A stretch of DNA of 64,000 nucleotides, taken from NCBI GenBank assembly GCA_003153375.1, contig PLYM01000064.1:6449-70448 (forward strand), written 5' to 3'. The first letter of the stretch is position 1, and each line of letters begins with the position of its first letter. Made by a program: the position numbers and the translations under genes. Under the pieces are notes generated by a model, which had not been told where the DNA came from, did no database searches, and was given only the letters and a program-made list of their open reading frames with translations. Positions 19,318-30,407 of this stretch are shown here, in pieces. The stretch comes from Planctomycetaceae bacterium. Lineage in GTDB: Bacteria > Planctomycetota > Planctomycetia > Pirellulales > PALSA-1355.

Positions 19318-21518
19318 CGCGTCGCGTGTCCGAAGCGCCAGGCCAGAAAAACTTCCACGAACAACAGCCCCAGCACGCAGTAGAGCAAATTCTTGTGCAA
19401 CCCGCTGCGGCGCGTAATGCTGGGCGAATCGGTTTCATCGAGATTCGTCCGCTGATGAGCCGTAAACTCCTTGGGCAGTTCTTCGGCGGGCACCTTGGTC
19501 AGGTCGCTTTCGCTGGTGTCGACATTGACCGCGAAGGATTCGTCGCGCGACACAGGCGCGCCCAACTCGACGTGATACATGCCGCTCTGTTGCGTATCGG
19601 CAAACGACCAACGGCTGTCTTGTGCGTCGAGCGTCGTGCGGACTTCCTCGTGCCCGCCCGCGGGCGTGGTCACTTTGACCGCCGGGCGGCTGGCCATCGC
19701 GGGCAACGACTCGCCCAGGGGCTGGCCCACCGACACGTTGTGCTCGGTCATCTGCCCACGTACCGCCAAGGCCAGCGTCTCCTGCACGATCGGCACGAAA
19801 CTGGGCCAGGTCGGCATCGTCGTCCAAGGCGTTTTGGACACCGGATCGAGCGATGACAGCGAGCCCTCGGTGGCAAATAGAATCGAACGCCCCTGGTGAA
19901 TCGGCTCCTCGACGATCGCCGGATCGCCGCCGTCAAACGCCAGTGCCACGCGGGCCTTCGAGCCAGGCACTAGCGCCAGGCGAAAGTACTTGTAGACCGG
20001 CGTGCTGAGCAACCCTGATTGCTCGCGGCCTTGAAACGCGCTCAACAGCGGATGGCTGTAGCTGAGCGGATCGAAGTTGTAGTGATACTGTGGTTCCGCT
20101 ACGAGTTCCTTGAGGCGCGCCGGCAGCACCCGCACGCCATGTTCGCCCGTCAATTCGCGATTGTAACGGTCGGCCAATACCTGATCGCCCAAGAAGAACA
20201 CTAAGCCGCCACCGCGTTTCAGCACGCCCTCGAGCACGCGGGCCTCGTTCGAGGTGAATTGGGCGACGTTGCACAAAAAAATGCAGTCGTAGCGAGCCAG
20301 GTCGCGTTCCAAAAGCGCGCTTTCGGGAATGATTTCCGGCTCGACGATGCTCGGAGCGTTCGGATTGTCGGCATCGGGGTTGAGCGCCAGCGCCACATAG
20401 TCGGCGGCGCCTGACATGACCCCCGCCGCGGGTTTACCGTTGACGCACAGCACGCGCAAGTGATCCTTCACCGGCACCGACAACCAGCGATGGTTATCGA
20501 TGTCCAATGAATCCGGCGCGAGACGGAATTCGACGGCGTGGTCGCCGGGGGCTTCAAAACGGTATGAAAACGATATCGGCGCCTGTTCGCCGGCCGGCAC
20601 GTCGACGTAGGCCTCCTTGACGCGGCGACCATCCACATGAAACTCGACCAGGTGATGATTCCGCGGCTGGGTGCCGAAGTTTCGAACCTGACCCGAGAAG
20701 GTCGCCTCGCGAGCCGTCGTGGCAAACGGTTCGTTGGCCGCGAGACTCGTAATCGCGAGGTTCTCCGTCCCCGCCTGTCCCGGTTCGACCACTACCAACG
20801 GCGTTTCATGCGCCAGGCGAGCCAGTCGCTGGTGATAGTCGTCGGCTTCAGCATCCTTCAGTTCCGGGACCCAACTATTGCGAGCCAGATCGGTGAGAAA
20901 ATAGACTTCCTTGCGTGGCAGACCGGCGTGTTCGGCCGATTTCAACACCTGCTCGACCTCGACCAGCGTGGCCGGCAAATCGCCGCCGCCGTGCAGCAGC
21001 TTGAGGTTGTCGATCTCCTGCAGGAAATCGTGCTGCTCAACCGCCGGCGAACCGACGATCACGCTGGGCGGAGAGGCCATCAGAATCAGCGTGAAGGCAT
21101 CGCCCTGCGAGCTCTCCTCGACGATCTGCGTCGCCAGTTGCTTGGCCCGATCGAAGCGGTTCTTGTCGGTTGCCTGATAACCCATCGAGTACGAGCCGTC
21201 GATCACAAGCACCTTGAGCGTCCGTTGGCCCGGAACGAAATTGAGTCCCACCTGCTCCAAAAATGGCTGCGCCACGGCAATCACGAGCAGGGTCACGATC
21301 AGCGTGCGCACCAGCAGCAACAACCATTGCTCAATCCGCAACCGCCGCGAGTTCTTGCGCATGGCTGAAAGCAGAAACTCGACCGCGGCCCAGGAGACTT
21401 CGCGATAGCGGCGCTTGTTCCACAAGTGAATCAAGATCGGCGCAGCGGCGGCCGCCAGCCATCCCAACATTAGGAGGTTGCCGAAGCCGAAGGCGATGAG
21501 TGGAAACAAATCGGGCAT
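19314..21518 (-). CDS. BatA (aerotolerance regulator N-terminal) domain / vWA-like membrane protein
   Basis: N-terminus LIAFGFGNLLMLGWLAAAAAPILIHLWNKRR. VLVIDGSYSMG is a DxSxS-like motif. C-terminal TM CVLGLLFVEVFLAW. Confidence 0.8.
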   Translation of the reverse strand: MPDLFPLIAFGFGNLLMLGWLAAAAAPILIHLWNKRRYREVSWAAVEFLLSAMRKNSRRLRIEQWLLLLVRTLIVTLLVIAVAQPFLEQVGLNFVPGQRTLKVLVIDGSYSMGYQATDKNRFDRAKQLATQIVEESSQGDAFTLILMASPPSVIVGSPAVEQHDFLQEIDNLKLLHGGGDLPATLVEVEQVLKSAEHAGLPRKEVYFLTDLARNSWVPELKDAEADDYHQRLARLAHETPLVVVEPGQAGTENLAITSLAANEPFATTAREATFSGQVRNFGTQPRNHHLVEFHVDGRRVKEAYVDVPAGEQAPISFSYRFEAPGDHAVEFRLAPDSLDIDNHRWLSVPVKDHLRVLCVNGKPAAGVMSGAADYVALALNPDADNPNAPSIVEPEIIPESALLERDLARYDCIFLCNVAQFTSNEARVLEGVLKRGGGLVFFLGDQVLADRYNRELTGEHGVRVLPARLKELVAEPQYHYNFDPLSYSHPLLSAFQGREQSGLLSTPVYKYFRLALVPGSKARVALAFDGGDPAIVEEPIHQGRSILFATEGSLSSLDPVSKTPWTTMPTWPSFVPIVQETLALAVRGQMTEHNVSVGQPLGESLPAMASRPAVKVTTPAGGHEEVRTTLDAQDSRWSFADTQQSGMYHVELGAPVSRDESFAVNVDTSESDLTKVPAEELPKEFTAHQRTNLDETDSPSITRRSGLHKNLLYCVLGLLFVEVFLAWRFGHATR

Positions 21519-22384
21519 CCGTTGACTACTTCACGCGGTTCATGCGCGAAGCCAAATAACTTGACAAGGCGATTTCCAACGACTGATCGGTGCGTAGCAG
21601 CAGGTAGTCGACATTCTGCGCACGGCACCCTTTTCGCACGGCCTGCAAAAACTTACCGAACTCGTCCAAATAGGCTCTGCGCAGCGCGGGCGGATCGGTG
21701 AGCACGTCCGGCAGTTCCTCCATGCCGCGAAACAGCGTCGTCTGCCGGAACGGAAACTCCAGTTCGGCCGGATCGAGCACGTGAAACAGGATCACCTCAT
21801 GGCGGCGGTGGCGAAAGTGTTTGAGCCCCGCCAGCATCGACGGCACATCATCGAAGAGATCGCTCAAAATCAGCACCAGCCCGCGCCGTTTCAGCCGCTC
21901 GGCCAGGTCATGGAAGATCGGCCCCGTCTGCGTCTTGCGGGCGGGCCGCGCGCTCTCCATCACGTGCAACAGTTGCTTGAGGTGCGAGGGATTACTACTG
22001 GCCCGCACCAGCGAGCGAATCTCGTTGTCGAACGTAACCAGGCCCACGCTATCCTGTTGCTGCAGGATCAAGTACGACAGTGACGCGGCCACGCATTGGG
22101 CGTAGTCGAGTTTCGACATCGGGGCGTCGGCGCTCTGATAACGCATGCTCTCGCTGGTATCGACGAGCATGTAGCTGACGAGGTTGGTTTCCTCCTCGTA
22201 CTGTTTGAGATAGAACTTGTCCGTCTTGCCGAAGACCTTCCAATCGACAAAGCGCAGATCGTCGCCCTGCGAATACTCGCGGTGCTCGGCGAACTCGATC
22301 GAAAAGCCGTGATACGGGCTGCGATGAACGCCCGAGACATAGCCTTCCACGATCGACCTCGCTCGCAGCTCCAGTCCCTGGAGT

Positions 22385-23440
<1,056 letters not shown>

Positions 23441-23503
23441 GAGATGGTTTCCGATCTCTGGATAGAAGTGTCGGCTTCCTTACCGCGCCGCGGGCCGCGC
23501 GGC

Positions 23504-25987
23504 CTATTCCTTTATGGTATCAGCGCCGATCTCGCGCGGTGCGTTTGTCGGTGCGGGTTCGGGGTTTTTGCGAGCCGTTTCGCCCGTGGCGGCGGCTTTG
23601 GGTTGCTGGCCTTGTTGATGAAATGCGAACAATTTGTCCGGCGCGGCAATCAGCAGCAAGCCATCGCCCGCGACCAGATTGCCGCCCGTGGCCCCACGCT
23701 CCTCGGAGAGCACGATCGGGTCGCGTAACGGCTGGTGCGGCTTGACCGCCTGGTCGAACACGTACAACTCGGTGCGCGTGGGCCAGATGACCTGGTCGCC
23801 GCTGAGAATTCCCCGCCCGTAGCCCAGTGGCGAAGTGTCGGGCCAATGCTTGAGCACCTTGCCGTGCTCCGCATCAATCCACCACAGCGTGTCGCCGCTG
23901 GCCAGCAAGTTACCATGTCCCACGCCCAGCAGGTGTACGGCGTCTTCTGGCAAGTGGCTCTCCCACAGCAACTCGCCGCTACCGGCTTCAAGCGCGAACA
24001 CCGACTCGCAATCGGAGGGGGCCACGAGCAGCGTGCCGCGATAATAGATGCAGGGATTCAGGTCGCGATAGAAGTGCGCCGTGCGGCGATCCTGGCCGTC
24101 GGGACTCGCCTTTTTGGCGCGCGGATAAAGCGTGGCCCATTGCAGGCGTCCATCGCGCGCCGAGATGGCGGCCACGGCGCCTAGATTCGTGTTGCAGTAA
24201 AGCGTGCCTTGCTCGAGCGTCAACAGGTTGTGTGTGATCTCTTCAGTCTGTCCACCGCCCGGCGTCTCGGCCGAGCAGATCATCGTCCGCCAACGGCGCT
24301 GCCCCGTTTCGACGTTGTAACACGCCACGTGTACTTGCGGCCGCACGTCACTTTTGCGCATTGCCACGTAAACATCCGATCCATCAACCAGGGGCGCACC
24401 CTCGAAGGCCCACTTTTCATCGTCGATCGCGGCCTTCTTGCCCGCCTCAGGAATGGTCCAAACCAGCCGGCCCTGGGCTGCCAGATCGAGACAGACGAGA
24501 TATCCGCCGGTGCGACCGTCAAGTGATTCGAGCGGCCGGCTCGTGACCTGCGAACCCATGCGGGCAAACAGCTTGTTATCGTGCGCGGTCATCGTAAACC
24601 GCGGAACGCCCAGCCCGCTCGACATGCGAACCGAGGTCGAGCCCCCTTCGCCCTCGAAAATCTCACCGCTGCGCCGCTTCGGGTCGTCGCTGGGCCAGGC
24701 CGGCGCGCCGGTTTTGGCGTTCAATGCATAGATCTTGTTCTGATCGTTGAACAGCACCAGCCCACCGACGAGCAGTGGGTGATAGCTCAGCACGCGTTGG
24801 GCGTCTTCGCCGATGCGACGCAAGCTGAAAGCCCGTGCGTTCGTCGCGCCGGCGGCAGCCGGTTCGCCCAGACTGATAGGCTCCCAAGCCGCCAAGCCCA
24901 AGTCCAGATTGCCGCGGGCGATCTTCGTGCGCGTCGATTCACCAGCGAACGTGGACCAATCGTCCGAGGTCTTTCCCTCCGGCCAGGTGGCGGCCGCCGA
25001 AATCAAATTCGCCAGCGCGTCGGCGTAGGTCACCTTGCGCGCGGCCAACTGCCCTGTGGCGCCGGGATGCAATCGTTCGAAAGCTCGCAGCTCGTCGCGC
25101 GCGCGCGCCAGTGCGCCTTCCATGATGGAAACCAGCACCAACCGGGCACGCACGTCGGCGGGCGAAAACGTCGAACCCGGATACGCCAAGCGCGTCTGCG
25201 GAAGTTGCTGCATCTTCCAGAACCGCACCAGACGCGCCGAGACGTCATCGCCCAGTGGTTCATCCTCACGCAGTCGATAGAACCGCTCTGAGCCGGCAGG
25301 ATCGGCGACGTACCACTTGTCGAGTTGTTCGACATCCTCCGGCGGCAAGTCGCCTTGAGCGTGGGCGGCCTCAAAGCGCGCGGCGGGAATGCGCTGCGGC
25401 GGAACTTCCAGCAGTCGCTCCCAGCAGCCACGCGCCCGGCCGTAATTTCCTTTTTCCAGTTCGATCTCGCCCAAGGCCCATAGGGCTTTGTCACCCCAAG
25501 AACTGCAGAACATCTGATCGACAACTTCAGCGAGGCGGGCCGTGTCGCGTTTGGCCAACCCCTCTTCGTACCTGGTACGCGCCAAGGGGTCGACCCGTTC
25601 GCGATACAGCTCGAGAGCCTCGGGCGGCAAGCCGGCAATTTGCACCTGACAGTAGTCAGTCAGATTGACATAGCGCGTCTTGGTCAGCGGGATCATCTTG
25701 GCGCCGTGCTTTTCCATCACCTGGCGCAAGGTTTCGACGGCTTCATCCCACTGCCCATCGGCGACGAACGCCTTGACGCGTTCCAGGTGGGCCCGCACGG
25801 CGCTGTCGGCCGCGTCCAGATTCACCGAGCCCGAAAGCTCGATGGGAGCATTGGAGAATTGAGCGCGGGCCAGCGGAATCATGGCCAACCCGATCAGGCC
25901 GGCGACCAGGATTGGCCGGCGCGCTATTGCTCGGAGGAATCGCCCGGCGCGCTCCATGGATCCCGCGCGCGGCTGCCGGCGAGGCAT
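23504..25987 (-). CDS. TPR-like N-terminal / PQQ-type beta-propeller repeat protein
   Basis: Signal/TM ILVAGLIGLAMIPLARA. Repeated blade motifs (KIYALNAKTGAPAW, LVCLDLAAQGRLVW, VACYNVETGQRRW, VAAISARDGRLQW, VFALEAGSGELLW) resemble BamB/PQQ_2 propellers. ATG 25957 is an alternative start. Confidence 0.7.
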   Translation of the reverse strand: MPRRQPRAGSMERAGRFLRAIARRPILVAGLIGLAMIPLARAQFSNAPIELSGSVNLDAADSAVRAHLERVKAFVADGQWDEAVETLRQVMEKHGAKMIPLTKTRYVNLTDYCQVQIAGLPPEALELYRERVDPLARTRYEEGLAKRDTARLAEVVDQMFCSSWGDKALWALGEIELEKGNYGRARGCWERLLEVPPQRIPAARFEAAHAQGDLPPEDVEQLDKWYVADPAGSERFYRLREDEPLGDDVSARLVRFWKMQQLPQTRLAYPGSTFSPADVRARLVLVSIMEGALARARDELRAFERLHPGATGQLAARKVTYADALANLISAAATWPEGKTSDDWSTFAGESTRTKIARGNLDLGLAAWEPISLGEPAAAGATNARAFSLRRIGEDAQRVLSYHPLLVGGLVLFNDQNKIYALNAKTGAPAWPSDDPKRRSGEIFEGEGGSTSVRMSSGLGVPRFTMTAHDNKLFARMGSQVTSRPLESLDGRTGGYLVCLDLAAQGRLVWTIPEAGKKAAIDDEKWAFEGAPLVDGSDVYVAMRKSDVRPQVHVACYNVETGQRRWRTMICSAETPGGGQTEEITHNLLTLEQGTLYCNTNLGAVAAISARDGRLQWATLYPRAKKASPDGQDRRTAHFYRDLNPCIYYRGTLLVAPSDCESVFALEAGSGELLWESHLPEDAVHLLGVGHGNLLASGDTLWWIDAEHGKVLKHWPDTSPLGYGRGILSGDQVIWPTRTELYVFDQAVKPHQPLRDPIVLSEERGATGGNLVAGDGLLLIAAPDKLFAFHQQGQQPKAAATGETARKNPEPAPTNAPREIGADTIKE

Positions 25988-26213
25988 AACATGCTCCCAA
26001 GCCTGATCCCGCGCTGGAGCGCGAGAAGAATCATCGCTAACATTCGATATGGCTGCCGCTTAGGCATCCTGGCGAATTATAGGAGTTGACCCGCGGGGCG
26101 GAAAGAACGAAAAGCAGCCGTTCGGGAGGCAGGAGCCTATCCTCATGTCAGCAAAATCGGAAAGTTGCAATTTTCCGTCGACACGGCGGCCCAGCGGACG
26201 GCCTGATGCCCGG

Positions 26214-26381
26214 TTAGGCCCCGTAGCCTTCGAGAATGCGGCCTATTCCGAACAGGCAAACGCCTGCGACCATGATCGTGAGCATCTGGCCCTGTGAGAT
26301 TGAACTGCCCAACTGCAACACAATTGCCAACGGCAGAATTGCTAAAGCCAGCAATTGCAGGTTGTGCCCCACGCCGCGCAT
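26214..26381 (-). CDS. candidate 55-aa two-helix membrane protein
   Basis: Not in the track (<60 aa). ATG 26379-26381 to TAA 26214-26216 reads MRGVGHNLQLLALAILPLAIVLQLGSSISQGQMLTIMVAGVCLFGIGRILEGYGA. Two hydrophobic helices and mostly G/C-ending codons. No Shine-Dalgarno (SD) motif and no homology claim. Confidence 0.35.
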   Translation of the reverse strand: MRGVGHNLQLLALAILPLAIVLQLGSSISQGQMLTIMVAGVCLFGIGRILEGYGA

Positions 26382-26528
26382 GGTGAAACCAACGGGAACC
26401 CTTTTTCAAGTCCGCACCGACGGCCTATCATAGTAATCGAGCCGTTGGTGTGCCAGCATGGCGGCGAACCGGCTCCACGACGACTCCGGAGCCTGTCCGG
26501 CGGCTCGACCCACAATGCTTACCATCGC

Positions 26529-26924
26529 ATGAAGCCAGCCTTTTCCAAAGCCTATGCAACCATGGTTCGCCGTGCTTGGAGCTTGCGCTGCCCGCGCTGC
26601 GGCCTAGAGCCGCTGTTCGCCAATTGGCTGCGAATGAACACCGATTGTGCCCACTGCCATCTGCACTATGAGCGCGAGCCGGGCTATTTCCTGGGTTCGA
26701 TCTACTTCAACTATGGCCTGACCGCGGTGCTGGTCACGATCAGCTACTTCGCTCTTTACTTCAGCGGCATCACTTCCGACGGCACCACGCTGGTGGCCGT
26801 CACCGCCCTGGCGATCTTGTTTCCGCTGTGGTTTTTCCGCTATGCGCGCGGACTGTGGCTGGGCTTCGACCATTTTTGGGATCCGATGGCCGGAGACCCA
26901 TCGGCAGAGCGGGAAGATCACTGA
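26529..26924 (+). CDS. DUF983 domain-containing protein
   Basis: Track ORF 26355..26924 trimmed to ATG 26529. Zinc-ribbon RCPRCG...CAHCH followed by two TM helices, which is the DUF983 layout. Confidence 0.7.
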   Translation: MKPAFSKAYATMVRRAWSLRCPRCGLEPLFANWLRMNTDCAHCHLHYEREPGYFLGSIYFNYGLTAVLVTISYFALYFSGITSDGTTLVAVTALAILFPLWFFRYARGLWLGFDHFWDPMAGDPSAEREDH

Positions 26925-27004
26925 GCGGGTATCGCGATGCGAATTAAGCCAACGCGACGATTCTCGGATTACGATTGAATCGAGTTGGCCGATGCCGAGC
27001 CCTG

Positions 27005-27295
27005 TTAGCCCAAGTCGCTCAGTTGCGCTGACTCACTCTGCTGGGCCGCGTCGGCCTGGCGCTTTTGCTCGCGCTTGACGGCCCGATAGAAAACCGCGCC
27101 GAACGTGCCGACGATGGCAAAGGGCATCGACATCATGAACAGGATGCTGTAGTAGATGCCGCGGGCCAGATCGCCTCCCTCGGAAGCCAGGGCGGCCTGA
27201 CAACTCGGGCACGCCGAAGCCACATTCGCCCAGCCCAACATCAGGGCTGCGGTGGCGGTCAGCAGAATCACGCGAAAGGCAAAGCGACCATTCAT
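27005..27295 (-). CDS. small membrane protein with periplasmic CPSC motif
   Basis: Trimmed to ATG 27293-27295: MNGRFAFRVILLTATAALMLGWANVASACPSCQAAL. Second TM YYSILFMMSMPFAIVGTFGAVFY and a charged tail. Last gene of the oxidase string. Confidence 0.55.
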   Translation of the reverse strand: MNGRFAFRVILLTATAALMLGWANVASACPSCQAALASEGGDLARGIYYSILFMMSMPFAIVGTFGAVFYRAVKREQKRQADAAQQSESAQLSDLG

Positions 27296-27315
27296 GGTTC
27301 TTGATCCCGTGTCGT

Positions 27316-27813
27316 TCAGTGCACCGTCAATTCGGTCGCCACGGCCGGTGCCCACTGGCTATGGCCGATTATAGGCTTCTGGGCAGGATGGGGATAGAGG
27401 TGGTAGAGCATCACATAAATGATGACGCCGGTCACGGAGACATAGAGCCATATCGGAAAAGTCCAACGGGCAACTCGACGATGTTTCGCCCGGCGGTCGG
27501 CCAGCCCCAGATAAATCGTCACCCCGGCCAGAAACGGCACCGTCGCCGCCAGCACCACATGGGTGATCAGGATCGCCAGATACAACGCCCGCACGACCGA
27601 GGGGCCCTGAAACCGCACGCTGCCAACGTGGTAGTGATACACCAGATAGCACGCCAGAAAGACGCAGGAAACACAGAAAGCCGTTAGCATCGTCCACTTG
27701 TGGGCCTGCTCTCGACGGGCTTTGATGAGCGTCCAGCCGATTGCCAGCAGCACGGCAGCCAACGCATTGAGCGTGGCGTTCACCGCGGGCAATTGTTCGA
27801 CCGTGAGCGACAT
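27316..27813 (-). CDS. DUF420 domain-containing membrane protein (CtaM-like oxidase accessory)
   Basis: LPAVNATLNALAAVLL, HKWTMLTAFCVSCVFLACYLVYH and HRRVARWTFPIWLYVSVTGVIIYVMLY match the DUF420 pattern as I recall it. Confidence 0.8.
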   Translation of the reverse strand: MSLTVEQLPAVNATLNALAAVLLAIGWTLIKARREQAHKWTMLTAFCVSCVFLACYLVYHYHVGSVRFQGPSVVRALYLAILITHVVLAATVPFLAGVTIYLGLADRRAKHRRVARWTFPIWLYVSVTGVIIYVMLYHLYPHPAQKPIIGHSQWAPAVATELTVH

Positions 27814-27869
27814 CGTAGTTACCAGAAACCTGGCGGGTGCTGAGAGGGCGAACCGAGAACGTTCGATGG

Positions 27870-28526
27870 CTATCCGCTGGTCTCTTCGGCTTCGACCGTG
27901 GTCAGTAACTTCTTGAGCATTTCAACCTGATCAGGCTCGGTCAGGCGAAAGCGGCCGCGAACCTTGCCTTGGCGATCGACCACAAACGCGCGATCGGAGT
28001 GCGTGGCCTTGTCGACGCCGATCTTGAAAAAGTCGTTGCCGATCCGCCGCACCAGATTCAATTCGCCCGTCAGAAACGTCCACCTCGTCGGATCGGCGTG
28101 AAAATTCTGGGCGTACTTGGCCAGAGCCTCTGGCGTGTCGTTCTCGGGGTCGCAGGTAATGCTCAGATAGTGGATCCCACTTTCGGGCGTCGTCTGCTGG
28201 ATGGCGGACAACGCCTGATTCAATTTCCAGCACGCGCTCGGACAGTTGGTGAAAAAGAAGCTGCCGACCCAGACCTTGCCGTGCAGTTCGGCCGAATTGA
28301 AGGGTTTGCCGTCCTGATCAGTGAGCACGAAGTCGGTGAGCGGCTCCGCGTCCTGATACAGCTTGGCTTCGGCCGCGCTAGTTGCCGCGCTCGGCTCCTT
28401 GCTGTCGCGCACCGCGGCCCGCAGCTGGCCTTCCGGATGATTGTGCCGCCAGACGACGAACGAGCCGTACATTGCCGCCAGCAATCCGGCCAGGATCACC
28501 CAGTATTTCACTGCCGAGGTCGTCAT
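27870..28526 (-). CDS. SCO family (Sco1/SenC) copper chaperone / thiol-disulfide protein
   Basis: Trimmed to ATG 28524-28526 (4-nt overlap with the permease stop). TM anchor, FFFTNCPSACW (CxxxC) and downstream ATHSD. Confidence 0.85.
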   Translation of the reverse strand: MTTSAVKYWVILAGLLAAMYGSFVVWRHNHPEGQLRAAVRDSKEPSAATSAAEAKLYQDAEPLTDFVLTDQDGKPFNSAELHGKVWVGSFFFTNCPSACWKLNQALSAIQQTTPESGIHYLSITCDPENDTPEALAKYAQNFHADPTRWTFLTGELNLVRRIGNDFFKIGVDKATHSDRAFVVDRQGKVRGRFRLTEPDQVEMLKKLLTTVEAEETSG

Positions 28527-29392
28527 AGCATATCTCCCGCGGTGCGTTGGCCGGCCATCTTGCAGGCTATCGCAAACATCACCGCCGCAAACACGAGGGA
28601 AACGATCCAGCAAGTCGTCATGTGCGGCGTGCCGTCAGGCAACGGCACATCGGCCGCCGTGGTCAACTGCCTGAGCGCCGCGACGCCATAGGTCAGCGGA
28701 TTGGCTTGCATCACCAGGGCCAGGCCCCATTGAATCCAACTCATACCGGGCACGTGCGGCGGCGCAGGAAAAAACGCGCCACTCAAGAGCCACATCGGCA
28801 TCAAGAACACGCTCATGATCGCGTGGAAGCCCTGCGTCGAGTCCATCCGCCAGGCAATGACGACACCCAGCGAGGTGAGCGCCAACGCGATCACGGCCAA
28901 CAGCAGCACGATCTGCGCCAGCATCGCCGCCGTGAACGGAATGCCCAGCGTCAGGCCGAGGGCCAGGAACAACAGCCCCTCGACCAGCGCAATCAACGAG
29001 CCTCCGGCAACTTTTCCCAACACCATCGACCAGCGAGGAATCGGAGCCACGAGCACCGACTGCAAAAAACCTTCGCGGCGGTCTTCGATGATCGAGATCG
29101 TGGCGAAAATGGCCGTGAACAACAGAATCAGCACCAGCGAACCCGGAAAGAAGTAAGCGCTGTAGGACACCTGCGCGCCCGCGTCGCCGTTCATCCGAAA
29201 CGTCGGGCCCAAACCTGCGCCAAACAACAGCCAGAAGATGATCGGTTGCCCAATGGCGCCGAAAACCCGATTCGGCTGCCGCACGAATCGCACCCACTCG
29301 CGCTGGGCGAGCGTGGCCGTCGCCAGCCAGGGGCGCACCCGAGGCGCCGTCACTTCCGCGGAGCGCGGTGGGGAGGCGGCGAGTTGTGCCAT
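28523..29392 (-). CDS. ABC-2 type transporter permease
   Basis: 289 aa with about six hydrophobic segments. REWVRFVRQPNRVFGAIGQPIIFWLLFG at the N-terminus. Lies 3 nt after the ATPase gene. Confidence 0.8.
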   Translation of the reverse strand: MAQLAASPPRSAEVTAPRVRPWLATATLAQREWVRFVRQPNRVFGAIGQPIIFWLLFGAGLGPTFRMNGDAGAQVSYSAYFFPGSLVLILLFTAIFATISIIEDRREGFLQSVLVAPIPRWSMVLGKVAGGSLIALVEGLLFLALGLTLGIPFTAAMLAQIVLLLAVIALALTSLGVVIAWRMDSTQGFHAIMSVFLMPMWLLSGAFFPAPPHVPGMSWIQWGLALVMQANPLTYGVAALRQLTTAADVPLPDGTPHMTTCWIVSLVFAAVMFAIACKMAGQRTAGDML

Positions 29393-29395
29393 CGG

Positions 29396-30358
29396 TCACC
29401 TCGCCAAGGCGGCTGCCGGGCTGTCGCCCGTGGCCTGCCAGAAACGGTGACCCGTGCGGGCGATGAACACATCTTCCAACGTCGGCTTGCCGAGCGTGAC
29501 CGACTCAATCCGGCCGGGAAAGGCTTCGACCAAGCGGGCGATCCAGCGGTGACCGTCGGCCTGTTCCAACCGCACGCATCCATCGAGAATCTGTGGCTCG
29601 CAGCCGAACTCGGCCGCGATGGCCGCACAGAGCTTCCCGGGGTCGGACGTGTGGATCGTGATCGCGTCGCCGCCGACCGTCGCTCGCAAGGCATCCGGCG
29701 TGTCGAGTGCCACCAGCCGTCCTTCGTGCAGAATCCCAATGCGATCGGCTTTGTCGGCTTCTTCGAGTAAATGCGTCGTCAGCACGACGGTCACTCCGTG
29801 CTCGTCGCGCAGCATGTGCAGATAATTCCACAGGTCGCTCCGAGCGCCGGGATCGAGCCCGGTGCTGGGCTCGTCGAGCAACAGCAGTCGCGGATGGTGG
29901 ATCATGCCCTTGGCCAACTCGACGCGGCGCCGCAACCCGCCCGAAAGCTGCTCGACGCGCTCGCCGGCCCGATCGGCCAGCGCCAGTCGCTCGAGCATTT
30001 CGGACTCGCGCGCCCGCAATTCGGCGCCCGAGAGGCCATAGAGATGTCCCTGATGGCGAATGTTCTCGCGCACGGTCAACTTGCGATCCAGGCTGGGAGC
30101 CTGAAACACCACGCCCATCGTGGCCCGCACGGCGGCCTGCTGCCGCCGGAGGTCGTGCGAGAGAATCTCAACGTCCCCCTCTTGCAGGGGAATCAACGTG
30201 GAGAGGAGGCGGAAGAGGGTCGTCTTACCGCCGCCATTGGGACCGAGAAAGGCAAAAATCTCGCCCCGCGCGATCGACAGGCTCAGCTCATCGAGCGCTT
30301 TGCGGCGGCCGTAGTGATAGGTGACGCGCGAAGCGCGAATCGCCGCGGACTCATTCAT
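29396..30358 (-). CDS. ABC transporter ATP-binding protein
   Basis: FLGPNGGGKTT (Walker A), LSGGLRRRVELAKG (signature) and LLLLDEPSTGLD (Walker B). Confidence 0.9.
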   Translation of the reverse strand: MNESAAIRASRVTYHYGRRKALDELSLSIARGEIFAFLGPNGGGKTTLFRLLSTLIPLQEGDVEILSHDLRRQQAAVRATMGVVFQAPSLDRKLTVRENIRHQGHLYGLSGAELRARESEMLERLALADRAGERVEQLSGGLRRRVELAKGMIHHPRLLLLDEPSTGLDPGARSDLWNYLHMLRDEHGVTVVLTTHLLEEADKADRIGILHEGRLVALDTPDALRATVGGDAITIHTSDPGKLCAAIAAEFGCEPQILDGCVRLEQADGHRWIARLVEAFPGRIESVTLGKPTLEDVFIARTGHRFWQATGDSPAAALAR

Positions 30359-30407
30359 GGAGTGTCTCGAATAACTCCCGCCCCGGCGGACCAGAACCTG
30401 GCTCGGC

